Of a stretch of DNA of 64,000 bases, positions 18,730-28,172 are shown in pieces. Under the pieces are notes generated by a model that worked only from the letters and a program-made list of their open reading frames with translations, was not told where the DNA came from and did no database searches. The position numbers and the translations under genes are program-made. How positions within the stretch are numbered: position 1 is the first letter of the stretch; each line of letters starts with the position of its first letter. The DNA lies in assembly GCA_021787535.1 (NCBI GenBank), contig JAJYLR010000003.1:56-64055 (forward strand), in the 5' to 3' direction. Source of the DNA: a bacterium. Lineage in GTDB: Bacteria > Patescibacteriota > CPR2 > UBA1875 > JAJYID01.

Positions 18730-19412
18730 AGTTTGAACTAAAAAGGTACAATAAAGGTCCTAGAAAAGATTATCGCAATATAACTAATGAGGAGCTGATT
18801 ACTGATTTGCGGGATGTCGCTAATAGGTTACAGAAAGAGTCAGTCACTCATGGAGAATACGACCAGAATGGCAGATTTAATAGTCATATTTTTGGTAGAA
18901 GGTTTGGAGGTTGGTTGAACGCACTTGAAGAAGCTGGTCTTCAAAAAACAAGAAATTATCAAATAGCTGATGAGGAAGCATTTCAAAATTTAGAGAATGT
19001 TTGGATGAAACTGGGGCGACAACCTAGGCGCGAAGATTTACATAGACCACTTTCAAAGTATAGCGGAGCATTCTATGAATATCGATTTGGTGCATGGAGC
19101 AAGGCGCTGGAAAAGTTTATTAATTATATTAACAAGGCAGAACTCAGTACATTAGAGAGATCCGAAAATACAACAAGTAATCCGAGTATTCAACATAAAA
19201 CAAATAGGAATATAAATTTGCAGTTACGTTTTATTGTCATGAAAAGAGATAATTTTAAATGTCAAAAATGTGGTCGATCGCCAGCAACTGACTCGAGCAT
19301 AATTCTACATGTTGATCATAAAAAAGCATGGGCGAATGGTGGTGAAACAGTATTGGAAAACTTGCAGACACTTTGTTCGAAGTGCAACATAGGTAAAAGC
19401 GATTTGGAGTAA
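18726..19412 (+). CDS. HNH endonuclease with homing-endonuclease-associated repeats
   Basis: Two repeats (RRFGGWLNALEEAGL; YRFGAWSKALE) and RDNFKCQKCG..HVDH..GG..NLQTLCSKCN. Confidence 0.88.
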   Translation: MKFELKRYNKGPRKDYRNITNEELITDLRDVANRLQKESVTHGEYDQNGRFNSHIFGRRFGGWLNALEEAGLQKTRNYQIADEEAFQNLENVWMKLGRQPRREDLHRPLSKYSGAFYEYRFGAWSKALEKFINYINKAELSTLERSENTTSNPSIQHKTNRNINLQLRFIVMKRDNFKCQKCGRSPATDSSIILHVDHKKAWANGGETVLENLQTLCSKCNIGKSDLE

Positions 19413-19446
19413 TTAAAAACGTTAAGGTTAAAGAAGGAGAAATAAA

Positions 19447-19593
19447 ATGGGGAATGAATCAGATTATACATGTGGAAATTGTGGGAGGAATTATCAAATC
19501 AACACAGAGGGTGAACGGATTCAGCCATGCCCTTATTGTGGTGCAAATGAAATGGTAAAGACATTGGAAGGTAAAGTTATTAAGAAAAAATAA
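19447..19593 (+). CDS. 48-aa zinc-ribbon protein (not in ORF track)
   Basis: MGNESDYTCGNCGRNYQINTEGERIQPCPYCGANEMVKTLEGKVIKKK; SD AAGGAG. Confidence 0.7.
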   Translation: MGNESDYTCGNCGRNYQINTEGERIQPCPYCGANEMVKTLEGKVIKKK

Positions 19594-19614
19594 TTAAGAA
19601 AGGGGAGAAATAAA

Positions 19615-21567
19615 ATGGGAAAAATTATCGGAATTGACCTTGGTACAACCAACTCAGCCATGGCGGTGATGGAAGGCGGAAAGGCCACCATTATCCCGAA
19701 CGCTGAAGGCGGAAGGACCACACCGTCCATCGTGGCGATGACCAAGGACGGCGCCACGAACCAGACGGTTCATGGCGGCGAGAGGCTAGTCGGACAAGCG
19801 GCCAAAAGGCAAGCAGTTATAAATCATGAGAATACAATCTTCTCAGTGAAGCGTCTGATCGGGCGAAAGTTTGACGATGCGGAGGTGAAGCGCGACATCG
19901 AGCTCATGCCGTACAAAATTGAAAAAGGAAACGGTGGAGTGAAGGTGAAGATGGGCGATAAGGATTACTCACCGGCTGAGATTTCGGCAATGATTTTACA
20001 GAAGCTGAAGGCTGATGCGGAAAGCTATCTGGGCGGTAGCGTGACTGAAGCGGTTATCACCGTGCCGGCCTACTTCAACGACTCACAAAGACAGGCCACC
20101 AAAGATGCAGGAAAGATTGCGGGCTTGGAAGTAAAGAGAATCATCAACGAACCGACCGCAGCCGCGCTGGCTTACGGATTAGACAAAAAGAAGGAAGAGA
20201 AGGTTGCCGTTTATGACCTTGGCGGAGGTACGTTTGACATCTCTATCCTTGAGCTTGGTGATGGCGTCTTTGAAGTAAAGTCAACCAATGGTGACACTCA
20301 TCTTGGCGGTGACGACTTCGACCAGCACTTGATCGATGAGCTGGCTGAAGAGTTTAAGAAAGACCAAGGCGTTGATCTGAAGAAAGATACAGCTGCGCTA
20401 CAGAGACTTAAAGAAGCAGCCGAGAAGGCGAAAATTGAGCTTTCTTCTGCCATGGAGACGGAGATTAACATCCCGTTTATTACGGCTGACGCATCCGGTC
20501 CTAAGCATTTGACCATGAAGTTAAGCCGGGCAAAGTTCGAGTCCATCGTTGGCGAACTAGTCGACAAGACATTAAAGCCGGTTGAAAAGGCTTTGAAGGA
20601 TGCCGGAATTAAAAAGGAAGATGTGAACGAGGTGATCCTGGTCGGCGGTATGACGAGAATGCCGCTGGTGCAGAAGAAGGTGAAGGAGTACTTCGGCAAA
20701 GATCCGCTGAAAGGCGTGAATCCTGACGAGGTGGTGGCGATCGGCGCTGCTATCCAGGGTGGTGTGCTTGGCGGAGAGGTGAAGGATGTTCTTCTTCTCG
20801 ATGTCACTCCACTTTCACTTGGTATCGAGACTCTTGGCGGTGTTTCCACCAGATTAATCGAGAGAAATACGACTATTCCGACGAGCGCTTCGCAGGTGTT
20901 CTCAACGGCGGCTGACAATCAGACTTCTGTAGAGATTAACGTGCTGCAGGGTGAGCGTGAATTTGCCAAAGACAACAAATCGCTTGGACGATTTATACTT
21001 GATGGTATTCCACCGGCACCTCGAGGCATTCCTCAGGTTGAGGTAACCTTTGATATCGATGCCAACGGTATCGTCAATGTTTCTGCTAAGGATAAGGCAA
21101 GCGGGAAATCGCAGCACATAACCATCCAATCTTCATCCGGACTTTCAGAGGAAGAGATCGAGAAGATGAGAAAAGACGCTGAGGCGCATGCCGAGGAAGA
21201 TAAGAAGCAGAAAGAGCTGGTTGAGATCCGAAATATGGCTGACTCCTTAATTTACACTTCGGAAAAGACCGTCAAAGATGCCGGAGACAAGGCAACAGAC
21301 GAGGAGAAGAAGGATGTCGAGGATAAGATTAAAGAGCTTCGTGAAGTGAAGGATAAGGATGACAAGGATGCGATTCAGAAAGCCTATGATGAACTGTCTG
21401 AGGTCATTCAAAAGATTGGTGCAAAGATGTACGAATCTCAAGCCGGCGCTGAAGGCGGTGAATCTACCGAAGAACCAAAGAAAGACGAAGGACCAGTTGA
21501 GGGTGAGGTTGTAGACGAAGATAAGAAAGATCCTTCATCAGATTCAGGACAAGCTGAAGAGAAATAA
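19615..21567 (+). CDS. dnaK: Chaperone DnaK
   Basis: [47 protein letters not shown]. Confidence 0.98.
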   Translation: MGKIIGIDLGTTNSAMAVMEGGKATIIPNAEGGRTTPSIVAMTKDGATNQTVHGGERLVGQAAKRQAVINHENTIFSVKRLIGRKFDDAEVKRDIELMPYKIEKGNGGVKVKMGDKDYSPAEISAMILQKLKADAESYLGGSVTEAVITVPAYFNDSQRQATKDAGKIAGLEVKRIINEPTAAALAYGLDKKKEEKVAVYDLGGGTFDISILELGDGVFEVKSTNGDTHLGGDDFDQHLIDELAEEFKKDQGVDLKKDTAALQRLKEAAEKAKIELSSAMETEINIPFITADASGPKHLTMKLSRAKFESIVGELVDKTLKPVEKALKDAGIKKEDVNEVILVGGMTRMPLVQKKVKEYFGKDPLKGVNPDEVVAIGAAIQGGVLGGEVKDVLLLDVTPLSLGIETLGGVSTRLIERNTTIPTSASQVFSTAADNQTSVEINVLQGEREFAKDNKSLGRFILDGIPPAPRGIPQVEVTFDIDANGIVNVSAKDKASGKSQHITIQSSSGLSEEEIEKMRKDAEAHAEEDKKQKELVEIRNMADSLIYTSEKTVKDAGDKATDEEKKDVEDKIKELREVKDKDDKDAIQKAYDELSEVIQKIGAKMYESQAGAEGGESTEEPKKDEGPVEGEVVDEDKKDPSSDSGQAEEK

Positions 21568-21576
21568 TTCCACTTT

Positions 21577-21670
21577 GTCATCCTCGGACTTGATCCGGGG
21601 ATCCAGACAGTCAGTGGGAAATTGACTGGATCCCCGCCTTCGCGGGAATGACAAAAAGAAGGGGAATGAC
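21577..21670. repeat. Paired GTCAT-type REP-like palindromes
   Basis: GTCATCCTCGGACTTGATCCGGGGATCCAG...CTGGATCCCCGCCTTCGCGGGAATGAC plus an extra GGGAATGAC. Confidence 0.85.
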
Positions 21671-21824
21671 AAATGTAAGTGAATTATTAATTCATTGATC
21701 CGACCAGGGCTCGGAAAGTGATTTCCGGGCCTCATCGGGTTAAGAGCCTGTACATTTTAGCTAAATAGTGGTAAAATTTATGCCACGAAAACCAAAAAAT
21801 TCGAGTACCTGAGGAGGTGTAGCC

Positions 21825-22247
21825 TTGACAGAACTAACGGAAGAACTAAATCAGCTAATGGCAGCTGAAACGATGGCGAATGATCTCTCACGTAAGTTTG
21901 TTAAAGTCATTCGCGGCTTATCTCCGGAAGAATTTTGGGAATTTTTGAAAGACACGAAAGTTCCTATTATCAGAGATATGCCTGAGGGTGTCATAAGAAT
22001 CTTGGTGGTCAGGTTGCGAGATCCGGACATTGTCGCCTTTGAAGACTCTGTCTCTACTTGCAGGAGCAAGATTGCAAAGATCGAAAAGATACACCGTGAC
22101 TTTGTCACCTCTTCACTAGCTACCCTCTCTGATATTGAGAAGGAGAGTCTGGCAAGAAGGCTGGATCCAACTCTTGTTCCGCGAGAAGAAAGATCCTGCG
22201 GGACAGGTTCCTCTGGTTGGGGTGGCGGAGGCGGAGGCGGTAAGTAA
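21825..22247 (+). CDS. Hypothetical helical protein with Gly-rich tail
   Basis: TTG start after GAGGAGGTG; tail GWGGGGGGGK. Confidence 0.7.
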   Translation: MTELTEELNQLMAAETMANDLSRKFVKVIRGLSPEEFWEFLKDTKVPIIRDMPEGVIRILVVRLRDPDIVAFEDSVSTCRSKIAKIEKIHRDFVTSSLATLSDIEKESLARRLDPTLVPREERSCGTGSSGWGGGGGGGK

Positions 22248-22281
22248 GTTCAGTCACAAAAATCACCGAGGAGGTGACCAC

Positions 22282-22890
22282 ATGAAAGATAGATTCTCCG
22301 GCGTGGTGCACGGCATAACCCGAGTAGTATTGACCGCTCCGCTGCGCAGGCTCTGGGGCTGCCATGTCATTGGCGCGGAAAATCTTCCAGCGCAGGGCCC
22401 AGCGATATTTGCATCGAACCATGCGAGTTATCTGGACCCCATGATTCTCGGAATCAGCTATGCAGGCAACATTCGCTGGATGGCGAAAGCCGAGCTCTGG
22501 AAGATACCGGTTTTCAGGTGGCTTATCGAAAAGCTGGGGGCATTTCCGGTCAGGCGCGGCAAGCCTGATAGGGCGGCCCTTCGGCAGGCACGCGAACTGC
22601 TTGTCGGGAAAAAGGTCCTCGGGATGTTTCCCCAAGGCACGCGGATTAAGGGGGAAGACCTCGGCGAAGCTTTTCCGGGAGTCGGTATGATTGCCTTGTC
22701 CGAGGATATCCCAGTGATTCCTATTCGGGTGAGAGGCCATAATCAGGTTTTCCGGCGGGGGATACCACGCTTTCCGGCGATAACAATCACTGTCGGTGAA
22801 CCGATAGATCTCGAGATCAAAGGGATGAGGCGGAGTGAGGCAGCTAAGGAGGCGGCCAACCGTATCATGGCAGCAATCAAGGCTTTATGA
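22282..22890 (+). CDS. plsC: 1-acyl-sn-glycerol-3-phosphate acyltransferase family protein
   Basis: NHASYLD, MAKAEL, GAFPVRRG, FPQGTR; ATG 22282 after GAGGAGGTG. Confidence 0.88.
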   Translation: MKDRFSGVVHGITRVVLTAPLRRLWGCHVIGAENLPAQGPAIFASNHASYLDPMILGISYAGNIRWMAKAELWKIPVFRWLIEKLGAFPVRRGKPDRAALRQARELLVGKKVLGMFPQGTRIKGEDLGEAFPGVGMIALSEDIPVIPIRVRGHNQVFRRGIPRFPAITITVGEPIDLEIKGMRRSEAAKEAANRIMAAIKAL

Positions 22891-22907
22891 CTCGGGAGGT
22901 GACGGAG

Positions 22908-23054
22908 ATGGAACCAGGAACGGGTACGGCTGTAGGTTTCCTGATGGCTGCTCTGCTAATTGCGGTATTGGTCATTGCAATGATCGCAGATGATAACGAT
23001 ACCGCAGGGAATAACGTTTACCCACAGGTTGCAAAGACAATCAGCCAACCCTAA
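22908..23054 (+). CDS. 48-aa single-TM peptide (not in ORF track)
   Basis: MEPGTGTAVGFLMAALLIAVLVIAMIADDND...; SD GGGAGGTG. Confidence 0.6.
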   Translation: MEPGTGTAVGFLMAALLIAVLVIAMIADDNDTAGNNVYPQVAKTISQP

Positions 23055-23070
23055 CACAGGAGGACAGCGT

Positions 23071-23253
23071 ATGCACAAAGGCACTTATGAGAAGCCAGCT
23101 CTTGTTCAGGAAGGTGATCTCAAACGCATCACTGGTACGGATGCGGGTTGGCAGAGCAGTATTGCGACTGCCCACAATACCAAGAAGCATGAGTGCCATT
23201 GTGGTGATGGCGCCCATGGGTGTGGCTGTAGTCACGATCACGACGCCGCCTAG
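23071..23253 (+). CDS. 60-aa peptide with lasso-type RiPP leader motif and His/Cys-rich tail
   Basis: YEKPALVQEGDLKRITG fits YxxPxLxxxGxxxxxTx; SD AGGAGG; hairpin downstream. Confidence 0.7.
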   Translation: MHKGTYEKPALVQEGDLKRITGTDAGWQSSIATAHNTKKHECHCGDGAHGCGCSHDHDAA

Positions 23254-23395
23254 AAGGAATGGCGGGGGTGTAAGGATTTGCAAAAGGGCAGGGCGTTCGC
23301 GCCCCGCCCATTCAATTTAAGAGACAATTTAGATAGAAATTTGGTATAATTTTTATATAGATTCCTGTTTTCACGGGAATGACAGAAAGAGGAAT

Positions 23396-24514
23396 ATGGC
23401 AAGTAAAGATTATTATGAAATACTAGGCGTCAAGAAGGATGCCGGAGTGGACGAAATCAAGAAGGCTTATCGCAAGCTGGCTTTAAAGTATCATCCGGAT
23501 AAAGGCGGCGGAGCCGAAGCTGAGTCGAAATTTAAAGAGATTAACGAGGCCTACCAGATTCTTTCCGACCCCGAGAAGCGCCAGGCGTATGATCAGTTTG
23601 GTTCCACCCAGCCGGGTGGTGGGTTTAATTGGCAGCAGTACCAGCAGCAGGCCGGGCAAGGTTATGACGGTGGTTTTGAAGGGTTCGACTTTTCGGATCT
23701 TGGAGGATTTGGCGATATATTTGAAACATTTTTCGGCGGTGGCGGAGGCAGGTCTCGCGCGCGAAAAGGCGCTGACCTCGAAACCGTCATTACTGTAGAT
23801 TTCAAAGAGGCGGTTTTCGGTGCGGAAACTTTCATCAAGCTAAACAAACATTTTGAGTGCGAAAAGTGCGGCGGGTCAGGCGCAGAAAAAGGCACGGAAA
23901 TGGTGGAGTGCAAGGTTTGCCATGGCGCCGGCAAGACCCAGACGGCCAGGCGTACAATTCTCGGCACGTTTGCCCAAACTGCCATCTGCGAGGAGTGCCA
24001 AGGGCAGGGTAAGGTGCCAAAAGTCGCCTGCTCGGTCTGCAAGGGTAAGGGAATTGTTAAAACTGAAAAAGAGGTTAAGATCAAAATCCCGGCCGGTGTT
24101 GACGATGGGCAAACTATCCGGCTCTCAGGATTGGGCGAGGCCATGAAGGGCGGTGCAACCGGCGATCTCTATGTCCACATCCGGGTGCGGCCGAATGATA
24201 AGATTAAACGAGAAGGATACAATCTCATGAATACGGCCGTCATTTCATTTGCCGAAGCGGCCATGGGCACGGTCATCGAAGTGCCGACCATTGATGGTAA
24301 TGTAAAACTGAAGATTCCGGCAGGCACCCAAAGTGAAAAGGTCTTTAAATTATCTAGCCGCGGTGTGCCGCATCTTGGTGGAGGTAAGCGTGGTGATCAT
24401 CTGGTGACCATCAAAGTTCGCGTGCCGGAAAAATTAACGAAGAAACAAAAAGAACTCTTGGAAGAATTTCAGAAAGAAGAGGGTAAAGAAAAGCCCAAAT
24501 TCTGGCCGTTCTAA
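23396..24514 (+). CDS. dnaJ: Chaperone DnaJ
   Basis: J-domain HPD, G/F region, four CxxCxGxG. Confidence 0.98.
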   Translation: MASKDYYEILGVKKDAGVDEIKKAYRKLALKYHPDKGGGAEAESKFKEINEAYQILSDPEKRQAYDQFGSTQPGGGFNWQQYQQQAGQGYDGGFEGFDFSDLGGFGDIFETFFGGGGGRSRARKGADLETVITVDFKEAVFGAETFIKLNKHFECEKCGGSGAEKGTEMVECKVCHGAGKTQTARRTILGTFAQTAICEECQGQGKVPKVACSVCKGKGIVKTEKEVKIKIPAGVDDGQTIRLSGLGEAMKGGATGDLYVHIRVRPNDKIKREGYNLMNTAVISFAEAAMGTVIEVPTIDGNVKLKIPAGTQSEKVFKLSSRGVPHLGGGKRGDHLVTIKVRVPEKLTKKQKELLEEFQKEEGKEKPKFWPF

Positions 24515-25284
24515 TTATCTTTTCTCTCAACCTGATCGCTCTGCCAAACTAGATTGAATATGGCCCCTAAAGCGCCTGCGAGATATGGATTTTCGATTAA
24601 GGTCCCGTTGATGTTTCCCTTGAAGGAAATAAAGGAAACTTTCTCGGCATAAATATATATTTGGGTATATATGCCGAAAAGATCATTTGGCACGTAAGCT
24701 CTGTCTTTGTAATATATCCGATCTTTTAGGTTCTGAGCTTTAGTTAAGTTGGCAGGGGAAATAATACGAGTTTTTATGTCCGCACTTGCCCGTCTTTTTG
24801 CTTCTTCAGCGAGAAAGTCGTCGACCTTTTTCTTATTTTCAACAGATCTAAAAATTAGAAGTTCTTTTGGCTTTTCTCTTACGATATCGTCGAATAGCTT
24901 TTTTATGCCTTTTCGCCCTTCATAATGAGAAATGCCCGGTTTATTATTTATAAGATTATAGTCAGATATCATATCCGGAAGCATGTTCTCTATAATCTGC
25001 GTATTCTCGAGAGACTCTTTCTCTTTTTTCTCAGCATAGCTTAGAAGTTTCTGCGGATGGCTAATGCGATATGTCAATTTTTTCTTCCTGCTTATGCGTT
25101 CGATTAAGTCTTTTTCCTCGAGCTTATTTAAGACTGAATATGTGTTTGTTCTTGTAAGTTTAGACTTTTTTGCTATATCACTGGCTATAAGCGGCTCGCT
25201 GGCCAAAAGAATTTCGTAAACTCTGGTTTCGCTAGAGGTTAATCCGAGTTTTTCAAGGACTGCTTTTTTCATAATTTCCTCCAA
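24511..25284 (-). CDS. TrmB-family wHTH transcriptional regulator
   Basis: [46 protein letters not shown]. Confidence 0.85.
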   Translation of the reverse strand: MEEIMKKAVLEKLGLTSSETRVYEILLASEPLIASDIAKKSKLTRTNTYSVLNKLEEKDLIERISRKKKLTYRISHPQKLLSYAEKKEKESLENTQIIENMLPDMISDYNLINNKPGISHYEGRKGIKKLFDDIVREKPKELLIFRSVENKKKVDDFLAEEAKRRASADIKTRIISPANLTKAQNLKDRIYYKDRAYVPNDLFGIYTQIYIYAEKVSFISFKGNINGTLIENPYLAGALGAIFNLVWQSDQVERKDN

Positions 25285-25319
25285 GGTTATTAATAATTCT
25301 TATTCTAAATTATGTTATT

Positions 25320-25348
25320 TATAATGTCAATATGATAATGACATTATA
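25320..25348. promoter_or_regulatory. Perfect 10-bp inverted repeat over the regulator's -35 box (putative operator)
   Basis: TATAATGTCA-N9-TGACATTATA; minus-strand TTGACA(25330-25325)-17-TAGAAT(25307-25302). Confidence 0.6.
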
Positions 25349-25554
25349 TATTGAATCTTCATATCTATACTAAAATATTGTTTCACACAGTGTCTTTATA
25401 CTATTGACACTTCTATAGAACAGTTGTACTATATGTCTCGCGATAGGGTGAGTCGGGTACATTGAGAGAAAAATGGCTGCGGTTTGGGGCAAGATATATC
25501 CCCCAGACTGCAGCCATCCGGTTGCAGCAAAGACAACCGAAAGGAGAAGAAGAA

Positions 25555-25959
25555 ATGAGAGTATTTGGATGGATCGTTGCGGGATTCCTTGGAATCTTAG
25601 CGGTCATTACACTGGCAACGGCAATCACCTGGTACGCAACAGGTGGGCAGTATCTGATCATCAGATTCTGGGCGCCAAGAATGGCTGCTGTTGAGCGCCA
25701 GATCTTCGTCCAGACGCCTTCCTATGTCCAGGGGATGCAGCAGGAGCTTGACTCCTATCATCTGGACTATCTGAAGGCGCAGTCGAAAGGCGACACCGGC
25801 CATATGGATGCGATTGCCGATATCGTCCTGCATCGCGCAGACGAGATCGATAACAGTCTGCTGTCGGATGATCTTCAGAGCTGGATTCAGCATCTGAAGG
25901 CCGAAAGAGAGGCGAAGGCGATGGGATCCGAAACAAAGACAAGTACCACTGGTTACTAG
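25555..25959 (+). CDS. Membrane-anchored hypothetical protein (phage-like)
   Basis: TM then FWAPRMAAVERQIFVQTPSYVQG; ATG after AAAGGAG. Confidence 0.75.
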   Translation: MRVFGWIVAGFLGILAVITLATAITWYATGGQYLIIRFWAPRMAAVERQIFVQTPSYVQGMQQELDSYHLDYLKAQSKGDTGHMDAIADIVLHRADEIDNSLLSDDLQSWIQHLKAEREAKAMGSETKTSTTGY

Positions 25960-25986
25960 ATACACCAAAAACAAGGAGGAATTACC

Positions 25987-26520
25987 ATGAAAAAGTGGTT
26001 TATTGCACTAGCGATCGTGGTTTTCGCCGGTGTAACCCTGATAGCCGCCGGCTGCAACGACGCACCGAAGACTGCGGACAGCGCCCAGCGCGATCGGCAG
26101 GAAAAGCTTCAGTCTGATGAAGCAAACCAGGTCGGCATGCCGGATATCAAGAACTTCAGGGAAGCGAAGATCCTGAAGGATCTCTACGAGAAGCGCGACC
26201 AGATGGACCTCGCGACCTACACCTACGTTTACAACGAGATGAGCGGGAAGTTCGTCTTCCTTGGCGAAAGCGTGGGGTACGGTATTCCTTACTCGACCCA
26301 GTTCAGCAATCCAGATAAGGTTGAGTATCATGGCGATCAGGGTGCTGGCAACGTTGTAATACCTCAAGCTGAACCGAACGGTCTCTTCACCCCCAGTTCC
26401 ACCGAAGGAACTTGGGTCATGTTGAAGGATCCGAACGGCTCAGGTGTCACACCGGTCTACGTCGAACCTCGCGTTCTCGTTTCGCAGTTCAAACTGCCAG
26501 ACAGCATCGTGCAACACTAA
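25987..26520 (+). CDS. Lipoprotein (phage-like)
   Basis: Lipobox AAGC; VGYGIPYSTQFSNP, QAEPNGLF.P...GTWV, YVEP. Confidence 0.8.
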   Translation: MKKWFIALAIVVFAGVTLIAAGCNDAPKTADSAQRDRQEKLQSDEANQVGMPDIKNFREAKILKDLYEKRDQMDLATYTYVYNEMSGKFVFLGESVGYGIPYSTQFSNPDKVEYHGDQGAGNVVIPQAEPNGLFTPSSTEGTWVMLKDPNGSGVTPVYVEPRVLVSQFKLPDSIVQH

Positions 26521-26602
26521 CAGGACTGAGCAGGCCTACTGCTCAATGCCCCGGAACTATGTTTCGGGGCCTTTCTTATAAAATGCCCAGAAGACATTTC
26601 GT

Positions 26603-26628
26603 TTCTGGTGGGTCGGCTGGGATTCGAA
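26603..26628 (-). repeat. Exact 26-nt duplicate of the tRNA-Lys 3' end (att-like)
   Basis: TTCTGGTGGGTCGGCTGGGATTCGAA at 26603-26628 and 26707-26732. Confidence 0.9.
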
Positions 26629-26709
26629 GCGGCTCGCCGCATTCGGCTTAACTGGGTTCTCACCAAGCACTCCACCAAAATAAAAACTCCACTTCGTGGA
26701 GATTTATTC

Positions 26710-26785
26710 TGGTGGGTCGGCTGGGATTCGAACCCAGGACATCCTGCTTAAAAGGCAGGCGCTCTACCAACTGAGCTACCGACCC
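26710..26785 (-). tRNA. tRNA-Lys (TTT)
   Basis: Cloverleaf, anticodon loop CTTTTAA, GTTCGAATC, CCA. Confidence 0.97.
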
Positions 26786-26800
26786 GAATTGTACTTGAAA

Positions 26801-26824
26801 AGATTCTGGACAAGCCAGAATGAC
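26801..26824. repeat. REP-like palindrome GATTCTGG(A/T)CAAGCCAGAATGAC
   Basis: Same 23-mer also at 17171, 28852, 30240, 56772 and reverse-complemented at 63049. Confidence 0.9.
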
Positions 26825-26934
26825 GCTGAAATAACTATGATATTTTAGCAGATTTAAGGCGAAGGGTCAATCAAATCAAGGGTTTTTTTCTGTCATTTGA
26901 CAAGCACTTTCAAAAAAGCCATAATACTTATATT

Positions 26935-27432
26935 ATGCGAGCGAGGGTGTTAAACAAAAGAAAAGAAGGTTTCACTCTAATTGAAGTTGTAGTGGTAATG
27001 GCTATTATTGCAGTTCTTGCGGTATTGGTTATTGGCGCCATAACTGTGGCAAAAAATACAGCCATAGAAACACAAAACAGAACTAATGCCCATATCTTAC
27101 AATCGTCATTTGAGGCGTATTATGCAAAGTATAAAACCTGGCCTACCTTCAATAGCAACACCTGTCCAGGTGATTATTACTGCTCCTTTAGAGATTTAGC
27201 TAATGATGGCACGGCCGGTTCAGGTTCATATACGAGCCAAAACTGGACTCCTCCCAAAATCCAGCCCTCATGTTCCGGTACTGGTAATAAATGGGCGGGG
27301 ACTTTTTCTGATGATGATGGCGGTCTTGTCACTTCTTCATCTTCTGGCGGTTATACTATATATATGGCTAACTATAATTGCAGCACTGGCATTGCTTCTA
27401 ATTTTAATGATGATGTTATCCAAGGGCAATAA
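26935..27432 (+). CDS. Orphan type IV pilin
   Basis: EG|FTLIEVV; Cys/Ser/Gly-rich globular head. Confidence 0.9.
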   Translation: MRARVLNKRKEGFTLIEVVVVMAIIAVLAVLVIGAITVAKNTAIETQNRTNAHILQSSFEAYYAKYKTWPTFNSNTCPGDYYCSFRDLANDGTAGSGSYTSQNWTPPKIQPSCSGTGNKWAGTFSDDDGGLVTSSSSGGYTIYMANYNCSTGIASNFNDDVIQGQ

Positions 27433-27464
27433 AAATTTATCTAAATTTTCAAGTTTATCTCGAC

Positions 27465-27953
27465 CTATTTAGAAACCTTGCCTTTTACAAAATCGGCTAC
27501 GAAGAGAAAGCCGATTGGTGCCACTATCCAGACTAGCTTTAACTGGTCTATTTTTGTGATGAGAACTGATTTAGCAAGCAAATCCACCTTTGCTCCCGGA
27601 TCGAGGAAGGATAAAATTGCCGTTGCCATAAAGCCGGCAGCTAGAAGACCGTAGATTATTCCGATAACTAAAGATCCGTCATCTCCTCCTTTACCGCTCA
27701 GTTCGGTTTTGGCGTTCAAAATGATAATTGTAGCGAAAAAGAGAGCGACTTTAACCAAAAATAACGAGAAATTTTGTGTATGGGCGAAATGTTTTGCTTC
27801 ATCAAATGCAAGTGATCCAAGCTCCGTGGCAACAACATAGCCCATAAAAGATCCCATGAGAATGCCAAGCGCTTTTCCGCGCCCCAGAAGAGCGCCGACA
27901 GCACCCAACGCTGCGAAAAACACGATTGTAAACAAGTCCCAGGATAATGTCAT
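27465..27953 (-). CDS. Multi-TM membrane protein (CvpA-like)
   Basis: Five hydrophobic segments; WDLF..GRGK. Confidence 0.7.
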   Translation of the reverse strand: MTLSWDLFTIVFFAALGAVGALLGRGKALGILMGSFMGYVVATELGSLAFDEAKHFAHTQNFSLFLVKVALFFATIIILNAKTELSGKGGDDGSLVIGIIYGLLAAGFMATAILSFLDPGAKVDLLAKSVLITKIDQLKLVWIVAPIGFLFVADFVKGKVSK

Positions 27954-28172
27954 GTATTCCCTCCAGTCTTAGAGTATAAACAATTTTATTATAGGTAGAA
28001 GGGATGATCAGTGTAAAGGGGATTTTATAAATGACTAATTAAGAATTTCTAATGTCTAATCAATAACCAATGAGCTAATTTTAAATTTTGCTAACAAGGA
28101 CTGTCCTTGAAAGACAGTCCTGAAGAACAATCATTTTGTACTTTACACTTCTTCTATTACAATAAATACATT

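Noticed and set aside
20298-20918. 206-aa antisense ORF in dnaK (also antisense ORFs in dnaJ, plsC, rplY and others)
   Set aside because: Shadow frames of conserved genes; no SD or protein motifs
21529-21554. DnaK tail DPSSDSGQA as another repeat-derived insertion
   Set aside because: Only a vague resemblance, no clear palindrome and no second copy in the window
22135-22281. N-terminal extensions given in the ORF track (plsC, also 1510, 25462, 28107, 30258, 32995, 42585)
   Set aside because: Better SD- or promoter-supported starts lie downstream; some upstream starts come from repeats
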